IMG/VR virus record: IMGVR_UViG_3300042561_002062
Coordinates: 21,525-85,524 of that record
DNA from: a virus
Taxonomy: Duplodnaviria > Heunggongvirae > Uroviricota > Caudoviricetes
Direction: 5' to 3' (one strand)
DNA: 64,000 nt
Program-made: the position numbers and the translations under genes
The notes under the pieces: model-generated
Seen by the model: only the letters and a program-made list of their open reading frames with translations
Databases searched by the model: none
Told to the model about the DNA's origin: nothing
Part shown: positions 56,657-64,000 of the stretch, piece by piece
How positions within the stretch are numbered: the stretch's first letter is position 1
How the letters are laid out: the number at the start of each line of letters is the position of its first letter

Positions 56657-57937
56657 ATGATCCTAGAAAATCCAACAATATTTGTGCAAATCGCCTCTTA
56701 TAGAGATCCAGAATTAGAGAAAACTGTAAGAGATATGATAGAAAATTCTAAAAACCCCCAAAATCTAAGAATAGGTATTTGTAGGCAGTATCACGAAGAT
56801 GATGGGTTTGATAAGCTAGACGAGTGGAGAGGAGATGATAGATTTCGTATATTAGATGTTCCGTGTTTAGAAAGTAGGGGAACTTGTTGGGCTAGAAATA
56901 AAATTCAACAAGAATATAGAGGAGAAGATTATACACTACAAATAGATTCTCATATGAGATTTGAAAAGGATTGGGATATCTCTCTAATAGAAATGATCGA
57001 ATCTCTTCAGATGAGTGGTGTAGAAAAACCACTACTTACTGGGTATGTTTCGTCATTCAACCCAGAAAACGATCCAGAAGGAAGAATTCGTGAGCCTTGG
57101 AGAATGGTCTTTGATAGGTTCATACCTGAAGGTGCAGTGTTTTTCTTACCTGAAACTATACCTGGATGGCGTGATTTAGATAGACCAGTTACTGCTAGAT
57201 TTTACTCTGCTCACTTTTGTTTTACACTTGGAAGTTTTGCTAGAGAAGTTCAGCATAATCCAGAGTATTATTTTCACGGTGAAGAAATTTCAATAGCAGC
57301 CAGAGCCTATACTTGGGGATATGATCTATTTCATCCACATAGAGTAGTTATTTGGCACGAATATACTAGAAAAGGTAGAACCAAACAGTGGGATGATGAT
57401 AAAAAATGGGGTGATAAAAACTCACACTCACATCTTACAAATCGTAAGTTATTTGGAATGGATGGTCTTGTCCAAGAAGGTCACGATGGTCCATATGGAT
57501 TTGGACCGGTAAGAACACTTCGTGACTATGAAAAATATTCAGGACTTCTTTTTGAAAAACGCGCAGTTCAGCAGTATACTCTTGATAAAAAGTATCCACC
57601 AAATCCATATAATTACGAAAGTGAAGAGAAATGGAAAGAAGATTTTGCACAGATTTTCAAACATTGTATTGATATCGGATATTCACAAGTTCCTGAAAAA
57701 GACTATGATTTTTGGGTAGTTGCATTTCACGCATCAGACGATGAAACTATTTTCAGAAAAGATGCCGATAAAGCCGAGATAGAAAGAATGATGAACGATC
57801 CTGATAAATATTGTAAAGTATGGAGAGAATTTCAAACTGCTAGAACACCATCTTATTGGGTTGTCTGGCCACATTCTGAATCTAAAGGCTGGTGTGATAG
57901 AATAACTGGAAAATTGAATCTAGGCATCGTGTCATAA
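56657..57937 (+). CDS. GT60 (Gnt1/PF11397 GlcNAc)-like GlcNAc transferase
   Basis: IFVQIASYRDPEL, SRGTCWARN, LQIDSHMRF, FHGEEISIAARAYTWGYDLF. Confidence 0.85.
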   Translation: MILENPTIFVQIASYRDPELEKTVRDMIENSKNPQNLRIGICRQYHEDDGFDKLDEWRGDDRFRILDVPCLESRGTCWARNKIQQEYRGEDYTLQIDSHMRFEKDWDISLIEMIESLQMSGVEKPLLTGYVSSFNPENDPEGRIREPWRMVFDRFIPEGAVFFLPETIPGWRDLDRPVTARFYSAHFCFTLGSFAREVQHNPEYYFHGEEISIAARAYTWGYDLFHPHRVVIWHEYTRKGRTKQWDDDKKWGDKNSHSHLTNRKLFGMDGLVQEGHDGPYGFGPVRTLRDYEKYSGLLFEKRAVQQYTLDKKYPPNPYNYESEEKWKEDFAQIFKHCIDIGYSQVPEKDYDFWVVAFHASDDETIFRKDADKAEIERMMNDPDKYCKVWREFQTARTPSYWVVWPHSESKGWCDRITGKLNLGIVS

Positions 57938-57945
57938 TATATAAA

Positions 57946-58512
57946 ATGTCTCTTATGAACTTTTCAGAACTTACTAACAAAACACTAGATGATTTGGATC
58001 TACACACACTATCTACCAAAATAAATTCTCAAGAATACAGAGACTATTTTATATCTGAGTCTGGTAAAGAACACTATAGATTATTAAAATGGATTTCACT
58101 TAATAATCAAGGGAGATTATTTTTAGATATAGGAACGCTTAAGGGTTGCTCTGCTCTGGCACTTTCATCAAATAAGAATAACAGTGTGAAATCTTTCAAT
58201 CTAGCCGATCAGTTGGATTTGAATGATATACCAGAAAATATAGAATTCATAGTTGGTAATATTCTTGATCCTCAATATAAATCTGTTGTTATTTCATCTA
58301 GTTATATTTTATTAGATACTTTTCATGATGGAACTTTTGAGAAAGAATTTGTTGAATATTTAGAAACTATAAGATGGTCTGGATATCTTCTACTTGATGA
58401 TATATATCTAAATAAAGAAATGAAAGAATTTTGGAACTCAATAATTAGAGATAAAAAAGATATCACGAACTTGGGACATCTTACTGGAACAGGTCTCGTA
58501 TTTTTTAATTAA
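57946..58512 (+). CDS. Class I SAM methyltransferase
   Basis: FLDIGTLKGCSA, LLDTFHDG, LLLDDI. Confidence 0.8.
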   Translation: MSLMNFSELTNKTLDDLDLHTLSTKINSQEYRDYFISESGKEHYRLLKWISLNNQGRLFLDIGTLKGCSALALSSNKNNSVKSFNLADQLDLNDIPENIEFIVGNILDPQYKSVVISSSYILLDTFHDGTFEKEFVEYLETIRWSGYLLLDDIYLNKEMKEFWNSIIRDKKDITNLGHLTGTGLVFFN

Positions 58513-58513
58513 A

Positions 58514-59143
58514 ATGATAGAAAAATGGGAATATAATAGTTTGGGTGGAAGAAGAGACTTCATCAAGAGATACATTTCAGATAATAATCTCAATTCCATA
58601 GATGTAGGAGCATCTTATATGTTTTGGTCGTATCCAGAGTGTAAATTTGTTGCGGATATAGTAGAACCTGCAATTGAAGATATTAATTTTTTTAAAATAA
58701 ATTTAGAAGATAAAAAAACCTGGAAGATTCTAATTGAAGAAGTAGAACTTAATGGAAAATTTGACTTCTCAATTTGTTCTCATACTCTAGAGGATATTTT
58801 CAATCCGATAGATTTATTAGAGTTGCTACAAAAAATTTCTAAATCTGGATTTATAGCAATCCCGTCAAAATGGAATGAATTTTCATTTTTATATGAAAAT
58901 GAATACCGTGGAAATGCACATCACAAACAATTTTTTGATATAAAAGATGAAGAATTGGTTATTTATCCAAAATTTTCTTGGATTGAAAATAATCCTAAAA
59001 GTGATGAACTTCTTCTATCAAATTCAGGTGGTGAATTAAGTTTAATGTGGCATGATACCATACCATACAGAGTATTTGGCAAAGATCGTCCTTTCAGTTC
59101 TGATGGTGAACTGATAAATGAATTCTATAAAAATTTATACTAA
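58514..59143 (+). CDS. Methyltransferase-like protein
   Basis: IDVGAS, FDFSICSHTLED. Confidence 0.7.
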   Translation: MIEKWEYNSLGGRRDFIKRYISDNNLNSIDVGASYMFWSYPECKFVADIVEPAIEDINFFKINLEDKKTWKILIEEVELNGKFDFSICSHTLEDIFNPIDLLELLQKISKSGFIAIPSKWNEFSFLYENEYRGNAHHKQFFDIKDEELVIYPKFSWIENNPKSDELLLSNSGGELSLMWHDTIPYRVFGKDRPFSSDGELINEFYKNLY

Positions 59144-59144
59144 G

Positions 59145-59768
59145 ATGTCCTTGGAGAAAATAAAAAAACATTTCCAGCCTCAAAACATTCTTGATATCGG
59201 ATCGAATGTTGGTCAATTCTATCGCGAGGCCAAATCAATATTTCCTAATGCTTATTTTTATCTTATAGAGGGCAATGAGAGTTGTAGAGAAGCCCTGAAA
59301 GACTTGAATGTAGATTTTTCTATAACACTATTGAGTGATATTGAAAAAGATGTTGATTTCTACATAAGAAAGTTTGAACCTAGATGTACAGGAAATTCAA
59401 TCTACAGAGAGCAGACATCCTTCTACGATGATGACCAAATTATAGTAGAAAAAAGAAAAACACAAACTATTTCACAATTACTTGGCAACAAAATTTTTGA
59501 TCTAATTAAGATTGATGTACAAGGTTCAGAAATAGATATTATAAATGGTGGTAGAGAAATTTTTGAGAACTCAAAAGGTATTCTAATGGAAGTATCATTG
59601 GTTGAATATAACAAGAATGCACCATTGAAAGATTATGTTGTTGAATTCATGAATGACCTAGGATTTATAGTTACAGAACATATAGGCAATATCAATCATC
59701 CACTTACCTATCAACTTATTCAAGAAGATTTGTTTTTTTTGAATAAAAAATTAATTACACAAAAATAG
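59145..59768 (+). CDS. FkbM-family methyltransferase
   Basis: LDIGSNVG, LIEGN, IKIDVQGSE. Confidence 0.88.
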   Translation: MSLEKIKKHFQPQNILDIGSNVGQFYREAKSIFPNAYFYLIEGNESCREALKDLNVDFSITLLSDIEKDVDFYIRKFEPRCTGNSIYREQTSFYDDDQIIVEKRKTQTISQLLGNKIFDLIKIDVQGSEIDIINGGREIFENSKGILMEVSLVEYNKNAPLKDYVVEFMNDLGFIVTEHIGNINHPLTYQLIQEDLFFLNKKLITQK

Positions 59769-59769
59769 A

Positions 59770-60477
59770 ATGTTTAAAGATATAGCTGTCGTCACATCAC
59801 TATTTGATTATCCAGAATATTACCTACCTACTTTCTATAAGAATGCGACTCGATGGTTTGATCCTAACGACATACATATCATAAGAAATTCAGGACTAAT
59901 TAGTGAAGGATCCTATTATGATAAATTATATTTTTATAAAACAGTAAAAGTTTTAGAATATATAAAATCACATATAGATTCTATGTATGAATACATTTTA
60001 TTTTTAGATGCAACAGATACTAATTTCATAAAATGTCCAATCAATATTATAGAAAAATTCAAATCCTTGAATTGTAGTATTATTATGGGCGCTGAAAAAG
60101 GTCTCTGGCCACCAACAAGCTTTACACATCTCTACCAAAATAAAAGAGCAATAAATGATTCGAAATACTTGAATTCTGGAACTTATTTTGGATACACTAG
60201 TAAAATAATTTATCATCTTGAAGATTTAATACAAAAAGAGCATCAAACGGGTATAGATGATCAAGGCCGATGGACTATACAATATTTATTGAACGATGAC
60301 ATTATAATAGATCAAGAACGAAATTTCTTTTTTTCAACTTTAGATACTAAAGATAGTGTGATTTTCAATGATGGAAAACCTTCTCTTGTGAATCTTGATG
60401 CATTCATAATACACGATAACGGACCACATACAGAGAATACTATAAAATTAACAGATATATTAAATGAAAACAATTAG
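59770..60477 (+). CDS. PLOD/procollagen glycosyltransferase-like domain protein
   Basis: LFLDATDT, MGAEKGLWP, YLNSGTYFG, DDQ, IHDNG. Confidence 0.75.
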   Translation: MFKDIAVVTSLFDYPEYYLPTFYKNATRWFDPNDIHIIRNSGLISEGSYYDKLYFYKTVKVLEYIKSHIDSMYEYILFLDATDTNFIKCPINIIEKFKSLNCSIIMGAEKGLWPPTSFTHLYQNKRAINDSKYLNSGTYFGYTSKIIYHLEDLIQKEHQTGIDDQGRWTIQYLLNDDIIIDQERNFFFSTLDTKDSVIFNDGKPSLVNLDAFIIHDNGPHTENTIKLTDILNENN

Positions 60478-61447
60478 GATAACTAGGCAAGGATTTCCCA
60501 ACATAGGACAACATAGTTGGATGAAATATTTTGAATTTATTTTATCAAAGAAATATAATGTGATTATTGATTCCAAGAATCCTGATCTCATCATTCATTC
60601 CGACCTAAACTATAACGAAAATCAACACGATACCTATACCGGTGCAATACCCACTCAATTTCATCCTACTAATTGTGATAAAAAGTTTCTATATGTTTCA
60701 GGTGAAGTTGCAGATTTTTCAACACCTATAAATAAATTTGAAAATCAGTGGGCTCTTGGCTATAACAAATTCGAACATCCTAGATATTTAAGACAGCCTT
60801 CTGGTGTTTTTGATGTTTGGACTCTTTTTAATGAATCTAGATTGGTGGATAGTCCTTTGAATTGGCTAACAAACAAAAGAGATTTTAATAAAATTTCAAA
60901 AAGAAATTTAGGGTTCTGCTCTATTACTCAAGCATCAAGTAATGATGTAAGATCCAGAGTATTTGACAAACTCTCAGAATACAGAGAGGTAAGTTCATCT
61001 GGTCCTTGGCGTCAAAATATTCACGGACCAGAAGGTCTTAATAAATATCAATGGCAAAATATGGATTATATAGGGCGTATAGATGGACTAACATACAGAG
61101 AAAAAATAGGTTTTTTTCAAAAGTATAAATTCAATATCTCTATACACTACACAAATACAGATTATATTCTTCAAGAAAAATTATACCACGCCTATTTTAG
61201 TGGTGCGATACCTATATTCTATGGTAATAAATATATTTTAGAAGAGGGCTTCAACCCAGAAAGTTTTATAAATTTGCATGATTATGAGGATTTCGATCAG
61301 TTTTTAGAAATTGTTAAAGATATAGATAGAAATGAATCTCTTTGGCAAAAGAAAATCTCGGAACCGATTTTTCTAGATAATAAATTACCGGAGTATTATG
61401 ATTTTGATTTTACATTAAATTTTTTAGAAAAAATAATAGAATCCTAA
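60464..61447 (+). CDS. GT10 alpha-1,3-fucosyltransferase-like
   Basis: YKFNISI...YILQEKLYHAYFSGAIPIFYG, FNPESFINLHD. Confidence 0.82.
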   Translation: MKTIRITRQGFPNIGQHSWMKYFEFILSKKYNVIIDSKNPDLIIHSDLNYNENQHDTYTGAIPTQFHPTNCDKKFLYVSGEVADFSTPINKFENQWALGYNKFEHPRYLRQPSGVFDVWTLFNESRLVDSPLNWLTNKRDFNKISKRNLGFCSITQASSNDVRSRVFDKLSEYREVSSSGPWRQNIHGPEGLNKYQWQNMDYIGRIDGLTYREKIGFFQKYKFNISIHYTNTDYILQEKLYHAYFSGAIPIFYGNKYILEEGFNPESFINLHDYEDFDQFLEIVKDIDRNESLWQKKISEPIFLDNKLPEYYDFDFTLNFLEKIIES

Positions 61448-62160
61448 TGAATTATATTTTCACAACACTAGCTATTGGTGATTCTTATCTCCATAATGCT
61501 GCAAGTTGCTACACAAAATATAGCGAAAAATGTAGTGGTGATTTCAATATAACAACAAACGAAATAGTAAATGTTGGACCGAGAGTAAATTTGGATCAAA
61601 TTAGGTTGGATAGATATGAAGATGGAAACCCAGGATTTGCTTTTTTTTTGAATCTCAAAGTATTATCCCTAAAGTATTGTTTGGATAAAGGATATGACTT
61701 CATAATTTACAATGATGCTGATTGGAGAATTACCGAGGGTTTCAATGAAGATAAATTAGTGAATACTTTTAATTTTATGGAAGACAATGACTTAGATTTT
61801 CTTTTTGAACGACCAGCTAAAATTGGAGATCATAAAAAAAACTTAGATCATTGTTTTTTTGAAAGAAAACTCAAAGATTACCACGTTTTTGAACATGATA
61901 AATGGGATGAAGCTCATGTAGTCAATGAACAATTCATGGTTTTCAAAAATTCTTGGAAATTTCGATATTTTGTTAGGAGATGGGAAGAGTTCTTGTGGTA
62001 TTCTATACATAACAACATAAGAAATTATCCAGATGGATTCGAAATAGGTGTATCTGCTCTAGAGGCAGAAATGAAATGGGATTGGAATAGTTTCAGATAT
62101 CTTCTGCCGAATTGTTTTGAATTTCATGACAAAGCAGGTAATTTACATATAAGATTTTAA
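61447..62160 (+). CDS. Hypothetical glycosyltransferase-like protein
   Basis: IYNDADW, NEQFMVF, DGFEIG; in glycan operon. Confidence 0.5.
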   Translation: MNYIFTTLAIGDSYLHNAASCYTKYSEKCSGDFNITTNEIVNVGPRVNLDQIRLDRYEDGNPGFAFFLNLKVLSLKYCLDKGYDFIIYNDADWRITEGFNEDKLVNTFNFMEDNDLDFLFERPAKIGDHKKNLDHCFFERKLKDYHVFEHDKWDEAHVVNEQFMVFKNSWKFRYFVRRWEEFLWYSIHNNIRNYPDGFEIGVSALEAEMKWDWNSFRYLLPNCFEFHDKAGNLHIRF

Positions 62161-62175
62161 AAATAAAAATAATAA

Positions 62176-62805
62176 ATGAATATACAGGAAAACATAACAA
62201 AATTTACTGACCTATCAAAAAACGATAGTTTATCATCTTTCATGAATCATACAGCACAACAAAGTCACAATGCTTATCAAATTTTTTTTGATTTCCTTTC
62301 AGAAGTGAGACCCAGTAGAATTTTAGAAATAGGAACCGCACAGGGTGGATTCACAGAGTTCTTGAAAATAACTGTTGATCATCTAGGTCTAGATACAGAA
62401 ATATTATCTTATGATATTGCTGAAAGACCTTGGTATCACCAGATGGTTGAAAAGGGCATTGATGTGAGAGTAGAAAATATTTTCAATGAAGATTGGAGTG
62501 ATGTAATCGATTACGTAAAACAATATGTAACATCACCAGGAATAACAATAGTTCTTTGTGATGGTGGATGGAAAATAGGTGAATTCAAAATATTTTCAAG
62601 GATTATCAAACCAGGTGATTATATTTTAGCTCACGATTATTCTTTAAATAAAGAGGTCTTTGAGAGAGAAATAAAGGATAGAATATGGAACTGGTGTGAG
62701 ATAACTGAAGATGATATTTGGCAATCAGTATCGGATAATAACTTAGAATCTTATCAGCCGGAGGTTTTTTCACAAGCTGTCTGGGTTTGTAAAATAAAAA
62801 AATAA
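62176..62805 (+). CDS. CmcI-like methyltransferase
   Basis: ILEIGTAQGG, VLCDGG, IKPGDYILAHD. Confidence 0.75.
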   Translation: MNIQENITKFTDLSKNDSLSSFMNHTAQQSHNAYQIFFDFLSEVRPSRILEIGTAQGGFTEFLKITVDHLGLDTEILSYDIAERPWYHQMVEKGIDVRVENIFNEDWSDVIDYVKQYVTSPGITIVLCDGGWKIGEFKIFSRIIKPGDYILAHDYSLNKEVFEREIKDRIWNWCEITEDDIWQSVSDNNLESYQPEVFSQAVWVCKIKK

Positions 62806-62808
62806 TTT

Positions 62809-64000
62809 ATGTCATTTACATTTGTTACAGGACTTTGGAATATTAAAAGAGAAGAACTAACCGAGGGTTGGTCGAGATCTTACGAAGACCACTATCTAAA
62901 AAAGTTCGACCAACTATTACAAATAGATGCAAACCTTATTGTATTCGGAGATAAAGAGCTCGAAAGTTTTGTGTTCCAAAGAAGAAATACTAGTAATACC
63001 CAATTTATCACAAGAGAACTTAGCTGGTTTCAAAACGAATTCTACCAAAAAATACAAGATATAAGAACCTCTGAGTCGTGGCTCTCACAAGCTGGTTGGC
63101 TAAGAGAATCCACACAAGCTAGACTCGAAGGTTATAATCCACTGGTAATGAGTAAAATGTTTCTTTTAAATGACGCTCGAATAATGGATAAGTTTGGTTC
63201 GAGGTATATGTTTTGGATAGACGCGGGACTTACCAATACCGTCCATCCCGGATATTTCACTCATGATAAAGTTCAGGATAATCTAGTGAAGTGGATAAAA
63301 AAATTCAGTTTTGTTTGTTTTCCCTACGAAGCTAATACAGAAATACACGGATTTTCATATCCAAAAATAAACGAATATGCCGGGGATGATGTTAAACTTG
63401 TAGCTCGTGGTGGTTTTTTTGGTGGGCCAAAACATACCATATCACAAATGAATAATCTTTATTACGATCTCATGAGAACTACTCTTAGCGATGGACTCAT
63501 GGGAACGGAAGAATCACTTTTTTCTATACTACTTTATAGAAACAAAGAACTCATCAACTATTTTGAAATAGAAGGAAATGGTCTTATGGGTAAATTTTTC
63601 GAAGATCTTAAAAACGATACACTAGAAATAAAAACAAAAGGAACTTCACCTAACAAAATGACAGATACGAATAAAACATCTCTTTATGTAATTGGCTTTA
63701 ATAGTCCAAACCAACTAAGAACACTCATTCAATCGATGATTGAGTATGATAGAAACTACATTGACCAACCAAAAAAATATCTACTTAATAATTCTACAGA
63801 TAGATCCACCGATAAAGAATATCAAGACCTGTGTGAAGAGTGGGGATTCGAAATTATTGGAACCGGTGAGAATTTAGGTATTTGTGGTGGACGTCAGTAT
63901 ATCGCTGAACATTTCGAGAAAACAGAGCAAGATTTTATGCTCTTTTTTGAAGACGATATGTTTTTTTATCCAAAAGAGGGAGAGTTTTGTAGAAATGGAT
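62809..64000 (+). CDS. HtrL/YibB-like domain fused to a GT2-like domain; runs off the window
   Basis: Not in ORF track. MSFTFVTGLWNIKRE...WIDAGLTNT...GGFFGG...MGTEE; then VIGFNSP...LNNSTD...ENLGICGGR...FFEDDM. Confidence 0.75.
   Translation, partial: MSFTFVTGLWNIKREELTEGWSRSYEDHYLKKFDQLLQIDANLIVFGDKELESFVFQRRNTSNTQFITRELSWFQNEFYQKIQDIRTSESWLSQAGWLRESTQARLEGYNPLVMSKMFLLNDARIMDKFGSRYMFWIDAGLTNTVHPGYFTHDKVQDNLVKWIKKFSFVCFPYEANTEIHGFSYPKINEYAGDDVKLVARGGFFGGPKHTISQMNNLYYDLMRTTLSDGLMGTEESLFSILLYRNKELINYFEIEGNGLMGKFFEDLKNDTLEIKTKGTSPNKMTDTNKTSLYVIGFNSPNQLRTLIQSMIEYDRNYIDQPKKYLLNNSTDRSTDKEYQDLCEEWGFEIIGTGENLGICGGRQYIAEHFEKTEQDFMLFFEDDMFFYPKEGEFCRNG

Noticed and set aside
1-64000. Alternative genetic code (stop-codon reassignment), common in jumbo phages
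   Set aside because: Conserved genes are full length in the standard code, and TAG (10300, 41233, 46419) and TGA (1257, 7318) end genes at expected positions
1-64000. Giant eukaryotic virus (NCLDV) origin suggested by eukaryote-like glycosyltransferases
   Set aside because: T4-like baseplate genes, bacterial promoters, umuDC and intrinsic terminators indicate a tailed phage
1-64000. CRISPR array, integrase/att site, transposase, reverse transcriptase/DGR or intron
   Set aside because: No regularly spaced repeats, no matching catalytic motifs and no unexplained long gaps were seen by eye

Overview
Strongly AT-rich, gene-dense 64 kb segment of what is most likely a large (jumbo) T4-like myophage of a Bacteroidota host. 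The phage call rests on a baseplate module (gp5 OB-fold, hub-like, gp53-like). The host call rests on TAnnTTTG promoter elements, Bacteroidota-type PurM and DUF2452, and the absence of obvious Shine-Dalgarno motifs at the starts inspected. Contents: three glycan-synthesis clusters (about 1-10300, 47744-50794, 56657-64000) with roughly a dozen glycosyltransferase-like and, window-wide, eight methyltransferase-like genes; a run of unknown late genes sharing a short N-terminal leader resembling the T4 capsid-targeting sequence (10301-19070 plus scattered copies); tail/baseplate genes; purine and other auxiliary genes; tRNA-Gly(TCC) and tRNA-Ser(TGA); and a umuDC-like pair whose UmuD lacks the catalytic dyad. 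Best candidates for undescribed biology: (1) a leader-tagged, protease-matured capsid cargo system driven by a palindromic, partly bidirectional TATATA element; (2) a phage-encoded mucin-type O-glycosylation pathway with rare and methylated sugars; (3) a leader-peptide/terminator element in front of an AsnRS-like gene; (4) a homopolymer frameshift in a fucosyltransferase. All family assignments are by motif recognition only; no searches were run.
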